Origin: Strigamia acuminata | Lineage: Eukaryota | Assembly: GCA_949358305.1 (NCBI GenBank) | Contig: OX442314.1 | Coordinates: forward strand, 15,004,001-15,068,000 | DNA length: 64,000 nucleotides | Direction of reading: 5' to 3' | Part shown: one piece after another, positions 50,901 through 64,000 of the stretch | Layout: each line of letters begins with the position of its first letter | Position numbering within the stretch: position 1 is the stretch's first letter | The notes under the pieces: generated by a model | Seen by the model: the letters and a program-made list of their open reading frames with translations, nothing else | What the model was told of the DNA's origin: nothing | The model's database searches: none | Program-made: the position numbers and the translations under genes

Positions 50901-53900
50901 TGCTCGTAATTAGGTACTTGTAAGCGGCCGCCAACCCTTTTATTTCTAGATCCAAAGCCTAATGAAGGGAAGCATAAAAGTTATTAGCTCAACAAAATGT
51001 GTTGTTTTATCATTCAGTGTGGTTAAAACTTCAATTAATGTTATTTATAATCTTATTTTGGTATATGATACGAAACAGAAAAACATATCACGTTGATTTT
51101 CTTTTCAAACATTTATAAAATTGTAATTGCAGTTTTTATTACGCAATATACTCTTTTTGAGCATATTTAAATGTTTAATACCATTTGTAAGTACAAAACA
51201 ATCTAAAGAGATTATGACGGTTGGTATCCATTTTGTAGTCAATAAATATTATATTCCGCTGATCTTTATATATAATAAAAATTAATGATTCGTAATTATT
51301 TATTTTACGCATTTATACGTCGAAAGAGCTTGCAGTATGACAGATGGTGGCAAAGTATATTTTTTTTAGATTTGTGATTCTCTAAGGAGTTATAAGCAGC
51401 TCATTGCTAGGTCAGCAAAAACTGAGATCTCTTTGAAGATAAATTTTGGACATCAGATCGACCCTGACGACCTAAGCTGGTCAAGAGGAGGCTTGCGGTA
51501 GTTATATAAGAATGAAGGCAAGATAAAAACATGTTGAGTTGTTGTTGCACTTGGATACAAATTACTGGATTTTCACTGCGCTACGTGAGAGAAAAACAAA
51601 GGATATACTGCACTGTGAAGTTTTAAAGAGACTTGTTCAAAAGATAAACTCATTTTCTAGATAAATGAGCAGGCTGCACTCCTTTTCTTATAATTGAGTG
51701 TTTGGCTTTGTAATTATTTTACCCGTGAAATTAGTCGGTCGGTATTATGTTTCCGATGTAAATGGTATGTGTCTTTAATTGCTTTTTAGGTTGGGATTTT
51801 TAAGATGCTTGAAATTCCTTTCACAAAACTTTTCACAATGTTCCATCTTCCATCTTTCCAGAGAAATTTTCTTCTTCATTTTCTTTTTTCGTTATTTTTT
51901 TTTATAACGTGCACTGACACTTACATCGTTTCTTTTGTAATGCGAAATGGAAGAAAAGCAATGTGAAATGACGGACTTTTATCGAAGAAAGACTGACACG
52001 GTTGCCAAAATGTTGGATGATGCCACACCTATTCTAATAAGAAGAAGAAGAAAACATTAAAGATGAGGAAACTGTGTGAGAAAAGAAGAAAATAATCGCG
52101 TAGTGGCGACACGGCAGAACAGTGGCAAAAAAGATAAACTCGCGACTTATCTGCTGACTTGGGTTTCTGCCTCAAGATTTATACGCGAGCTGGTAGCGGG
52201 GATTTGGAGACTCCATTTTGCCTTTGGAAACAGTCGGCATAAGATAAAACGCCAATGTGACAAGAGTGCCATCTTTTAGCGCTCGCATCCCATAGCGGAT
52301 TACGTCATGGCTACGAGACGCCGTCGTAAAGAAGAGGAAGAACGCCTTCGAATGCGATTCCTATTTCTCTCGCCTCTCCAACCCACCTTTTTCTTCTTTA
52401 TCCTGGCGCAACTAATCTTACTTCACAGAGACACTTTCCCGACTCCTAACTCTGCTTTTAGACGAAAGTACATCTTCGGAGGGAAAAACGCGATTGGCTC
52501 CGACCCAAAATAAAAATGAAAAATTTCTGCAATTGATCGAGCGCTTTAACTCTGACTTATTTAACATCCCTTCGAAACTCGTTATCTGTCAAAACAATCT
52601 GAGTGGATCTGATTAAAATTAGATGATCTTTCATTCTTTTAGTCTAAAATGTCTCTATTCGTAATGCGACGTGAGACGAACGACAAGAATTGACAAAAAG
52701 ATGTTACTGTTTGTCCATTGCGAATTTACGAGAGTCGCAAGTCGTATATCTTGTTGATCGGCAGAGCAAGCATGTTCGATCGTCATATTGCGACGGTTAC
52801 TGAGAACTATGCCATAAGCGAAAAGGGAAAGATGTAAGCAATCAAGCGTAATCCATGAGCGGTAGCGTGTGTATAAGTTGTAGGTGCGAGCAGCTGTTGA
52901 AGAATCGTAATCCCTTTCCATGTGGCTGCGTGATTATTGGCGAGAAGCTTCTTCCCTTTTTTCTTAAAAAAAGTGTACCCAGCTCTCTAGTTCGACACCT
53001 GATGGATAAAGAGGTTCTTATGGCTGTCTTAGCAAATGGGTTATTGAGTGTGCAACTTCATTTTTAAAACTTGGCAAACTTGTGCGTTAGTGTGCGCCAC
53101 CAGGAAGGAAGGAAAGAGAAGAGAAGTGAAGTGAAGTGACATGAAAAGAGGCAGGGCAGGGGGGATGGATTTGTGACGCATGTCTTGTCCAGTCAGGTTT
53201 GTCGATCGATAAACATGTGGCCGGACACTTTCCATCCGCTTCCGACACCATTTCCCGATTGGAATCTTTGAGTCAATGAAGTGAGTTATCAGTTGCGTGT
53301 TGATGCGTGTGTATTTTTAAGAGGATGGATTTATTCGAGACAAATATTTGCCAACTAGTAACGTTTCTAAATGGTTTTGTTTAAGAGAGCGAACGAGAAG
53401 AAGAACGGAGTTATTGCCATTTTGATTTAGCCGTATCTGCATTGAGAATTATCGTGGTGCCACCTGATAAAATACGGTAAATGGGAACGAACGGTACAGT
53501 CGTCGAGGCAAATGAACAAATAACTGCCACTTTTTAGCCCGCTCAAATTCACGCAGAAACGGAGAAAAAAGCCGAATTCAAGTGCTCGTTTAGTCGTTGT
53601 TCTAGTTGGTCTGAGTAATGGTTGCCTTATTCGAGACCTCACTCTGGCCCCATTATCTCGTTTAATGAAAGGCGTTCGCTCACCTGATCCCGGGAGGCCG
53701 ATGTTGAGCACGAGGTAGAAAGCTGCCAGACGCCGTGGCAGGTGTGGGATGGCAGCCTGGATCCACGAACCATTCTCGTTTGGACTCAACATCTTCAGCA
53801 CCGTCGATTCCGTCTCATCAAACGCGATTGTAGAATTTTCTTCTGCCGAATTAATTGAATCACTTGGACACGGGGACGGAGTTGTGTCTTCTTCCCATTG

Positions 53901-53906
53901 CACCAT
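44780..53906 (-). CDS. STUM: Protein stum homolog / SPEC3-family membrane protein; complement(join(44780..44985,45578..45754,53684..53906))
   Basis: Joined protein contains AAIPHLPRRLAAFYLVLNIGLPGSGTVLSGWSTLC...NTSVGVAQFLTIPWLLVGWFWSIAWG, the stum/Spec3 signature (AIP...LN...PG.GT...Q......VGW.WS..WG); both introns are phase 1 and GT-AG. Family is clear; strict orthology to stum is not established. Confidence 0.88.
45578..45754 (-). CDS. stum-like middle exon (GTVLSGWSTLC...VGWFWSIAWGIILWLLA)
   Basis: ttgtattgcag acceptor, gtaaaa donor; hydrophobic Spec3 core. Confidence 0.92.
47784..48233 (+). pseudogene. DIRS gag-like ORF remnant
   Basis: RRANAI...L...LFDEKF followed by a basic/Gln-rich tail, at the position expected for the DIRS1 Gag C-terminus. 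Confidence 0.55.
48361..48870 (+). pseudogene. DIRS tyrosine recombinase, disrupted
   Basis: QKLATFLA*APAARSADL (catalytic R), LCPVVTLREY, QLFIS, SRWIKS, then a frameshift to IIKAADWSTAEIFQTFYKKP (W and catalytic Y); in-frame TGA at 48388; HxxR region not intact. Confidence 0.88.
53684..53906 (-). CDS. stum-like first coding exon (MVQWEEDTTP...AAIPHLPRRLAAFYLVLNIGLPGS)
   Basis: ATG at 53906; tcag|gtgagc donor; strong acceptor about 50 nt upstream (exon start about 53957), implying further 5' UTR exon(s). Confidence 0.85.
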
Positions 53907-56262
53907 TACTATTATTATTATTATATTTTTTTTTAGTATTGATTGGGAAAAAAATCACTTAAAAAAATAAGATTTAAAAAAAAGTGAGGGGAAGATTGAA
54001 TTTGGAGCTGTTCACAGATAGAAAGTGGATTTGTAAGTGATGGAATGGAATTGTGAATTGATGGAAAGGTGTAGAAGGAAAAAGAGATCTCGTTCATTTA
54101 CTCTTTCTCCTTCTACCTTTTTACCTAATGAAATTGGTAGTGGGTAATGGAATGTGTTAAAGCATTGTAATAACATATTAAACGGAAAATGGCTGGCTGC
54201 CATACGCATTTCGAGCTGCTTTTGGCAACGAATGAATAGACTGATGCGATGATGGATTATTGCCGTGGTACGGTTATTACGACACGTGGGGGTAAATTCC
54301 CTTGAAAATATTTTTATACTTTGTTCGTCAAAACTTTAATGATATCATCAGCCTTTTTTTTTGTTATGTTACACCTTGTGAAAAAAGTTATTTTCTTGTG
54401 GTTTCACGCTTATGGCACAATGCAGTTTATCCCAAGGGCCACAATTGCAATCAAGGGGAAGTGAAGCAACCAATCAAATCACTTTAATAACAAGCTACTG
54501 TTGGATGAGAGAACACGTAGAGAAACCTGATGACTCAGAGGACTCCTGTCCTAGTTTTCTAATGGTTATTGCTGCGTATTGGTAGCAACAAGTGATTTTT
54601 TTAAATACAGGGTACAAAAATTGTTGGTGTCATTTGCTTCTGTTTTTATCTGGATTTTTTTTCAGATCGAGATTGTTATTGTAGTTATTTTAGTTGAATA
54701 GTATCAGATTACAAAAATTTCTATGTCCAACCAACTGATCCTTCATTGTGTTGCAATCAAAAGCAATCATCTTTCTTTGGTTCTGTAAGAGGATAAAAAC
54801 GTTGAAAAGAAGATTTCAATGTGTATTTTATTGATCTTTTCTCTTGTAATTACGAAAGCCCTCTTCCAACTTCTCTAGTTTACAAGTACTATTTTTTTTC
54901 TTCTTCTATTATGTTTTTTTCTTTTGTTTTTCTGTTATCTAGAAACTGAGTACCCGGTATACTGTTTTCAGCTATTGGTGCAAATTACTGGCGTTGATTG
55001 ATTGATTTTTAGAAGAAAAATATTTTTTTTTTATTTCTTTTTGGATTTTGTTTGAAGCTATTGCTTTGGCAATGAAAGAGATGAAAATTTATGTAAAGCC
55101 ACCGAATCGGAAGTGGATTTTTACTTATTTATACAAACAAAACAACGAATAATTTAGCTTTATTCTGCTGTAGAATCTAATTATCGTTGAGAAACCAAAT
55201 AAGTTTCAGAAGTTCAATCGATATTTATTTTTATTATAATTAAATCCTTTGCTTATATTGAACTTCTCAATTGCACAATGCAGTGAAACTGGATGAGAGG
55301 AACCGCCCCAGAGAAAAATTGGACATAAAATATAGCTACTCTCATGATGATTGGGGTAGTATTTCTGACTTTTATCGAACGCTTCGAATACATACTCGAC
55401 TAAGATGTAAAAAGGTTGCAATGGACGTTGGTGGAGTTTAATTAAAATAACCGAACGGCCAATTTGTTTAATTGTATTACTATGATACATGATTGCAAGG
55501 TAATTTTTAAAATATGAATTCTGCGTGCGTTTAATGAGATAACATTAATCAGTGTATATATTTTGGATTTGTGATCTGTAAATAAAAGCTAGAATAGGAG
55601 ATTGATCAAAGTGTCATTTGGATGCGGTTGTCAAGTTTGTGAAAGCCGCAGCATTGATTTAATAGGTCTGAAGTTTTTCATCCCCGAAAAAGATTGTTAT
55701 TATAAGACAAGAAATGAAACAAATGATAGTATGAAAGGTTGAAAACTTCTGAAAATTGAAATTCTGTGGTTTTTGAAACTCCTAAATGGCTTTTAAATTG
55801 ATTTTCAAATGTAGTATTTTTATTTTTTAATTTAAAAGTAAATCCAGTGATAAGATCGCACTGGATTTATGTTTCAAAACTTTTTTTTAAAAAATATTTT
55901 TTTATAAAAAAATGAAATTAAAGAAAGGAAGTATAAATATATCCACATTCTAGTGATGTTTCGCTGTATCATCTTTTCATTTTGGAGCCAAATCACTATT
56001 TCCACACACAAAAAAAAAAAAAAAAAAAAAAGAAGAAGAAGAAAAAAAAAAGAAATATTCAGCTCATAAGAGAAAACAAATCGACGTGGAATTCCAAATG
56101 AGAAATATTTTTCTTATTCTAAGAGTTCAACTCTGCTTTTTTGCACACATTTTAAGGATAAGTGTAGTGCAAACTGCAAAGTTGAAAAGCAAAAAAACAC
56201 AAAAAAATAAAAATAAATAAATAAATAAACAAATAAAAAACATAAAAACATAAAAAGCTCAC

Positions 56263-56548
56263 TCGTTGGGGAGTCATTGGAAATTCAGAGAAAAACTCCT
56301 ACAACATTGAATTGGTGTTATGGGGCTTGTGCGGTGCAAACAAAAGGCCACCAAGTGAGTTGTTATCAAGGGGACGGATCGAAGTTTTGCCGTCAACTAC
56401 TCGGGGGTCGATTGGCAACGTGTGGTGTTTCCCGCGTCTTTAATAGGAAGCCAGTGCAACGCCTAATTGGAGAGATCCTGGCCCAAGAAAGGCTGAGATG
56501 CCAACATGCTAGCCGCTGGACCGGAAATTGAGCGGCGGAACAGCGTCT
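56263..56548 (-). other. Putative 5' UTR exon of the stum-like gene
   Basis: GC-richer block ending in cga|gtgagc and followed by a long U-rich tract on the - strand; the acceptor (ttaacag) is weak. Confidence 0.35.
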
Positions 56549-59500
56549 CTGTTAAATGTGGAATTGTAATTCTTCTCTCTTTTCCAAAAGGAAGCCCCAG
56601 TGAGAGGAAAAAAAGAGAAAACTAAAAGAAGAAAGAGAGTGTAATAGACAAAAAAAAGTGGACTAAAGTGAAAAATGGCCGAGTAAAGCTCGAGGGACAG
56701 AAGACTGTCCCCGTGCTTTACGTTGAGAAAGGATTTACCTATAAGATTTAGGATTTAGTATCTTAAGGGTGATGTTGTGTTCCATGCGTACTATCGAGGT
56801 TATTGTACAATAATCAGATTACAGAAAAATGTATACAGGTTTAATATTCCGAGAATGGCAATTAACACACACCTTGTTAATACTAAATATAAGTTCATTT
56901 TGTTTCCCTTTGAATACGCTCGAGAGATTTGAGGTCATTTAAGTGGCTCTCGTTTATAGCCGGTGCTGAGAAGCTTTAGGTCGTCGTGTTCATTTTGATG
57001 TTGAAAATCCTTTTCATTTGTATGAATTCTATTTGACCTGCAAGTCGTTTTCGTTGAATTGCCCTCCCGTTGATCTCTTGCGGCTTGTTCATCTCATTGT
57101 CCAGTTGAGACCCTTTTCTCTCTTTCTCTTTCTCTTTCTCTTTCCCTTCTCTGTCTCTTCACTCGCTCATCCTCTCTTGATCACTATAAAAGTCGCTCAG
57201 TTTCAGCGGGAGGGCGCCAACGCTAGCAGGACCTTTGCCATTGCCATCAGCACCCGTTAATTCAAAAGCAGCGGCTCAAGTCGCAAGAGTCTTTTGCGCA
57301 CATCACATAGAAACCCACACGAAAGCATCGTTGAAAATGAAAGCGTCGCCTTCGCCTTTTCACTGCTTGGCTTTCCTTCCTAACAAAAAGAAGAGACTTA
57401 TCAACCCATATATCACCGACGACGCTGCTGCCAGAATGGAGCTGAGGGACTTGGAAAAGGTCGTGTGAAAAGACACGTAAAAAATGTTTAATCATTGGGT
57501 TAAAGTGTAAAATTAGCCATGCTTTTCAACCGTTTCGCGAAATCCTGCGCGCAGTTTAACCACCTGCACTTGTTAATTTGTTTCCTTTTTTTTTCTTTTC
57601 AATTTATTATGGCGAATAAGCTAGGCGGGTTTAGCAACCAGCTGCTCTCTTTGCCGCCCTTTTCTGCCCTTAATCGTGGTTTATGGCAACAAGAAAAGAT
57701 TAATTGTTTCATTCCAGGGGTGGCACGAGCCTGCGGTCACCGTGCGTCCATTCGTCTTTACGCGTGTCTCCTTTTTTTTACTTTCTTTTTTCATTTCATT
57801 TCTTCATCAAATAGTCAAGTGAAAACTAGAGACGTTTGCTGCTTTGAGGCTATCAACAAACCACGCTCTGCTCAACTAACTTCTATTTTGACTCGCTTTT
57901 TATGCTGCAGTATGACGGGTGTGTGCAACTGCATTTCATTTCTTTGGCAACCTTATTTCTTTCTCGAGTAACAAACATTTGCTTTGAAAACTAATGGCGT
58001 TATTTTTATTCCTTACAAGCTCAGAAATGTTAACATGTAAATGAAAGTTTTTGTTTATAAGTCCAATTTATTCAATTCTTAAAAGTGTTGAATTTTTATA
58101 CTTATTTAGTTTTCTAAGGTTGCTGTGCATTTGTTGTTCATTAAACACGCGTGTTCTTCTCCAGAAATTTGTCGTCTTCAAAAAGTGCTTTTTGTTTATT
58201 ACTTTCTTCAAAGTTGGAGATTGTACACACACTTGTAATGCGGACAGAGTTGAAAATTAAGACTCCAATAATCTTGAGTTGCCTTTTTACTCCTCCCATT
58301 CAATGGCAGGTTTGTTTGCTCTGTTGGGATTGGGAATGACCCGAGGCCTGAAATCGATCTTCTTTTAGTCTCCATTAAATCGGTTGAGGAGGTCGAATTC
58401 ACTCAACTTGTTCTGATTGGATAAGTTAATATAATTCTCATATAGTGCTGTGTAATAATGCTTACCGTATTCTCTTTATATGCTTTCTGTTGAGCTATAC
58501 AAGATTTAATTAAACGCATAAACTGACGCTTATTCATTCTTACTATACATATATAGGCGTATTAATAACTTCAAATTATGAATACCGTGTCTAATCTAAT
58601 TAAATAATAAATGTTTAGTCCTAAATGCTTGACAAGATGTAGATCCCTAATCAAGTGTGACAGTATATCTCGCACAAGACACTTTTAGGGTTATAAATAA
58701 CTTTTCTAATTACACTTAACGCATTTCAATCTGAAAATTATTGCGTGTTTGTGGCGATAAAATGAAGCTTATAAAAAAAGCAGTGCAATAATTTATTTCT
58801 TGTATGTAAATATTTTAAAATGTGGTATTAAAAACAGTCTCAATATTTGTAAAACTCAGAGTGCTAAGTTTTCTTGGATCGGCACACTCCCCGTTTACAT
58901 AAAATTCTCACGATTGACTAGCCATTGCTCACGCTGCAGTCGTCGCTACGTGCATTTATTGATTCAATCAGCGAACTGATGTAGAAGGTTCAATGAACAG
59001 AATTTTTTTTCCTACGTTATCATCCATTTGAGCCTAGTGAGTCGAGTTGGCGGGCGCCCGTAGAGCAAGCAGACATGTTATGCTCGGTACTGTACTCATC
59101 TTTTTCCAATCGACTAATGAGGGTTTTGTTGAACGAGGACGCTAAAGCAAATAACGATTGGACTGCCATTATTCCTATGAGTAATAATTTCTTTCCTCTC
59201 GATCGACTGAATTATAGAGAACGAAAAAGTCGATTGACAGTTTCCCTATCATTTGGACAGTTATAATTGCCATTAAAACAGAATTGCAGCTCTTGACGCA
59301 TAAATTGTTTTATGATGTGTGCATATATACTACTGCTGAGACTATACAGACTACATGGTGGGTTTAGTTTAGTCCTTACTCCTTTCCACACGGGTCACTG
59401 ATGGAATATATATTGTCTTTTTTCCCTGAGACAATTAAGAGGCTGTGGTAATATTAGTGAACACGAGAGAGGTGTTAGAGACGAAGAAAGAGAGAGAGAG

Positions 59501-62495
59501 TCCTTTCGCATTAGTGAAAGGGATTAAAGCAGAAAGCTCAATATGATTAATGCACTTGGGACCTAGTAATAAAGTAATAAAGTGATCGGGGAACTTGGGT
59601 TGAGATTAATTTGTTTACCACTTTCCCAGGCCAAAGTCGTTATACATGCTGCGCATGCGATACTATCCAATTTATTACTGACGCATACTTATGTATATTA
59701 CAGGAGACAGATTACCGGTTGAGAAATAGTATATTGTATCTATGTTCTATAAATATGAAATATAAATATTCGGATAGTGTTTAGAACAAAAGAAAGTTAT
59801 TACAAAGCACTTGCAGGTATGAAACAAATCGACTAGGGTTTGGCGAAGGGCGGAAAGGTGAATGGATTCGAATACATTTCACAACTGTCAGGTTTTTGGA
59901 CATTTTTATAAGACGTATGGTTAGACCTGAATTAATGGAAGTTCACAAACTAGATTGGGTATAGGGTATAGGGTCTTTTTTCCCCTAGTGGGTCACGGTT
60001 GGGGGAAATATGAGGGATGTCAGGTAAAGCTGCGTCGAGGATGAAAAAGTTGCACTGACTCAATCTCATTCGATAGCTGCAGTACTTTTCATTTTTCTAA
60101 CTTTTTATATTCTTCGTTGGAGTGTTTGGACAAGTGGCTGCCATCGATTAGAAAGATAAGATGGGGCAAAATGATCACATGCAGAAAAGAGATAAAAATT
60201 TGCAAGAGGCATTTTTATTTGACAAAAGAATATATATACGCTCGTATAGCCTATATATATATCGAATTTTTTCGGCGATACAAACGTTAAAAGCTCTTAT
60301 CATTGACGGTACGGTGTATTGACCGAGTTGGATTCGGAACTAAACTTATCAGAACTCACGTCTCGAGCTCCTTAAGTCAATATGAATTTTGATGAATATA
60401 TATATTTATATTAAAAAGAAAAGATTTTTTAGATTTTTTTCTTACCAAAACAAATAAATTTTCTCAATTAACGTAAATTAAGATTTATGTTTAAATTGAA
60501 AACACTGTAATTGCATTAGATTTTTTAACTTTTGTTTTATTATTTGTATTTTTTGCTCATTATAGAAATTTAAAAACTGGTGTGTTTATTTTCGTGTGTG
60601 TATAAACACCATAAGTAAGTTGGGTTTTCACTCTTTGTACCTAATTACTGTAAATTCGCTTTTAGGACTATATCTTTTAATTAAAACAGGCAATGAAGTA
60701 GGATAAAAGTCAAGCTGATTGTGTTACACGAGCTGTTTTTCTATTTTTCACCAATTGAAGTGCATCTCGTAAATATTTGCTCAACAACATTTGAACAGCG
60801 TAGAACTTCATCAAAGTCAAAAGGCAAAGAAAATAGTAAATTGGTGTCTGATTAAATTCATTAATTTTAATTACAGGCCCTTGCGGATGGCTGAAGGCCA
60901 ATGAACCTTTGTAGATTCGGTAGATGGAGCTGTCGACATTCGTCAATGCATGTACAGTAATCTAAATCTCAGCCCCGGTTCAGAACAACATTTTTAATTC
61001 CATTCATATGCATGGAAGGAGAAGAGGCATCGCGGATGCTTTTTAATATCCGTCTCCGTTTAGTAATAACGTGTGAGAGCGCTGAGATTTTTCTACCGTT
61101 TCTGATGCCGTTATGGTCCTTATATACAATGCGAGTCTTCTGTGGGGAAATTAAAAAGACGGGAAGATGAATTTTGATGAGTAAGAAATTTCCTTTTTAA
61201 TTTTATCTAATATCTTGAGTTCTCTCAAGAAATTATTTCGAAAATTAAAATAAAGTTTGGAAAAGAAATAAATACTTCAATTGGAAAACGAAATTAATAT
61301 TTTTGAAAAAGAAATGCAATTTATTAAATTTTTTTTTTTTTTAGAAAAAATAAAAGTTAGGTCGTTGGTGAAAAATGATATGTTTTTCTTGTTATTCTTT
61401 TCTTTTTTTTAAAAAAAGCTTGGTTTAATTTTCTGCCGGTTTAATATTTTTTTTTTTGAGATTCTTTTCTTTCTTCTTTTGTGTTATGGATGTTTGTCGT
61501 TGTACACGGCACAAAAGAAAATATTTGATGTTTTTGCTATTCATTCATTTTATTGTGACCATTAGAGAAAATTAAAGAACTAATGTTCTGCGATACCGCC
61601 TGAATAACTAATAATAAGGTGACTTATGACGGGAGAACACCAACAGCGGTGCTTGACTGCGACATTGGTAATTTATCATGGAAGAAAAAAATTCTACCAA
61701 TACGTCACATTAGTGACATAAGACGGATTGTTTCGAATTACAATTTGGTTTTGTGTTATTTGAAGGTCCTAATTATATTGCAGTTAGTAATTAACCATTT
61801 TAAAAAAATTAAAAAAAAAAAACAGCAAAAAAAACAGCAAAAATTGATTAATCAACTGCAAAGCTAACAAAAAGAGCTCAAAAAATTTTCACGCAATTTG
61901 TCAATAAAAATTAGTTTTTTTTGGGCATTATATAACTTTAAAAAAAGAGTTATTAGCAAAAATGTAGATTAGCACAAATTAAAAAGGACTTTTTAATATT
62001 TGATATAATGATATAACGTGAACTGATTGATGACCGGCATTAATCAATGCTGGTATTCGTTTTGTAAATAAAGTGCCAGGGAGATGAGATCAGGGACTTG
62101 TGAAAATGAGCTTTAAAGTATTTAAATTGCTTGTCAACAGATGTCGCATTAAACCAAATCTTTCATTTTATCTTGGTCTGATCGAGGGGGCTGATTTCAG
62201 AGAATGAGAGGAATAAGGGTCCTTAGAGTCAGCCCTGAGCTCTAGATTGCATTTAACAAATGTTCCGGTAATTAAACTGATACTTTAGATGTACAATAGT
62301 TTTTAAATGAATCATTTCATACTTTTTATTAAAATTGAAAAAAAATTGCACGATTTGAATTTGTTTCATTTTAAACTGGCGCGTCATTAGAAACGACGCT
62401 AGTGTACTCTAGTGAATATGAATCATACTAATTCAAATTAACTTTATACCGCCACGCTCTGCAGCGCTGTAGTTGCTCCTTTTTGTAAACACAAC

Positions 62496-64000
62496 ATGGC
62501 CGAAACCGAGAATTCACCTCGTCCATCTACCAGCAAATATACTGATTACGATTATTTTGATGAAACAAACAAGCAAGCAGCAATTCCACTTAAATATGAG
62601 CCGTTGTTTCCTTCCAGTAAAAACACAACCCGTGAGTCTAATTGGTATTTTTAAACAAAACTGTTTGACTTATCAATATTTCTAGCTTTGAATACCGGTA
62701 ATGATAACCAAGACGACATCAACGGGTCAACATTTCCAGCTGCGTACAGTAGCGAAAATACAAAAAGTAATAACAGGGATTCTCATTCACTGTTTCCAGC
62801 AGCTAGTAGTCATGATAGCGCGAACGATAGTAAAGGTAATACATTTAAATGACTTGATTTATTGGATTTCTTATAATTTATACTTTTACAGCTGCCGCGA
62901 CTTACAATTGGTTAAATTTTTCAAGCATTACTACTGATGACCTATTTGCTGGATTGTGAGTGACATCTTAGGAAGTTAACGTTTGCTGAAATAAAATTTT
63001 ACATTTATTTTTTAATTTTAAGGAAGGACATACAACACGAAAAGGAAGTGGTTAAGGATGAAAAACCAACGGTACGACGAACTGTACCACGAGATAAAGA
63101 AGAAGAGAAAGTTCAAGCGTCCAAAAGTCATAAAAAGAAGCGTAAACGTTCACCGTCGCCAGATTTGAAACGACAGCAACTGGAAAAGTGATTATTTATG
63201 TTTACATTTTCTTCGATTGGCATTTATTAATTTTGTTTGTTTTTAAAATGCAGCGATTTAATAAGTCAGAACTCGAAGAAGGTTTTCATCGAAGATGTTG
63301 GTTTAATGCCCGGACACGCGTTTCGAGTTGATAGAAAGGCCGAACAAACCAATTTGGCTTTCAGTTGCTTTAATCCCGTTCAGAGTGCTAAATGTTTAAA
63401 GGAAATGAAATTCAGACCGCCGATAGGTTTAACTCCAACTGCAGAAAATGAGTGGTTGAAGGGCCAACGAGGCAAAAAGAAAAGACCCGACAGAAATGCG
63501 CATCGGTATTGTTCCCGACAAAATGTTGCCATTGTACAGAATGAAGAAGGGATTTTAGACATGTCTAAAGATCGACTGAAAATTTGTAAAGAAAAATTTC
63601 AAAATCAATCCACCGTGTCCGAAGATTTTATACCAACAACGTGTTTATCGATACGGGAAAAAAGTAGAAAGGAAAAGGATAATGGAAGCGACAGCGAGGA
63701 AGAAGATTTGAAAGAAACAACGTCGAAATTCATCACTAGGAAAACCTGTGAATACAATCAATACTTGCGAGAAAATCCCAAGGACGAAGACAAGTGGATG
63801 GAGTTTATTAAGTTTCAAGATAATGCAATTGAAGTGACGTTTCAAGATGAAAAAAATAGAAAAGTAAGCGAACGAGCTATTTTTGAACGCAAAATATCCG
63901 TGTTGGACAAAGCGATTGAAACCAATCCCACATCGATTAAGTTAGTGATAGCCAAAATGAAACTGTGCGAACATTATTGGGAATCAGCTGAGCTAAAAAG
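62496..64000 (+). CDS. NRDE2: Nuclear exosome regulator NRDE2, 3'-partial; join(62496..62631,62686..62835,62892..62955,63023..63187,63254..>64000)
   Basis: acaacATGG start context; phases consistent across four short GT-AG introns; motifs LFPAA, WLNFSS, basic HKKKRKR, FIEDVGLMPGHAFRVDRKAEQTN (MTR4-interacting region-like), and EYNQYLRENPKDEDKWMEFIKFQD...ERKISVLDKAIETNPTSIKLVIAKMKLCEHYWE, typical of NRDE2. Confidence 0.93.

Noticed and set aside
53427..53683. C-terminal half of the 159-aa ORF 53427-53906
   Set aside because: It is read-through past the gtgagc donor; family similarity resumes only in exon 45754-45578.
55840..55869. 11-bp inverted repeat taaatccagtg/cactggattta
   Set aside because: Too short and without context to assign a function.
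1..64000. CRISPR arrays, operons, prokaryotic defence systems, tRNA genes
   Set aside because: The DNA is eukaryotic and spliced; no repeat-spacer arrays or cloverleaf with A/B boxes were seen by eye (tRNAscan-SE would be decisive).

Overview
AT-rich eukaryotic (arthropod-like) genomic DNA; most entries in the ORF track are spurious. Three intron-containing genes were reconstructed by hand from GT-AG splice sites with consistent phases. (1) + strand, 1421-42022: the 3' two-thirds of an hnRNP L / Drosophila smooth orthologue (end of RRM2, linker, RRM3, RRM4; 9 coding exons, long introns, 5' end outside the window). (2) - strand, 53906-44780: a stum/SPEC3-family membrane protein (3 coding exons), convergent with hnRNP L. 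(3) + strand, 62496 to beyond 64000: NRDE2, with 54-67 nt introns. The introns carry three MITE-like elements, a diverged 5S rRNA-derived unit, and an internally deleted DIRS1-type tyrosine-recombinase retrotransposon whose ITRs and ICR are still recognisable. The most interesting signal is a possible invertebrate version of the hnRNP L autoregulation circuit: a sense-strand CA-rich island and two stop-containing candidate poison exons in the two introns after the WDYTNPNL exon. All family assignments come from motifs recognised by eye; no database search was run.
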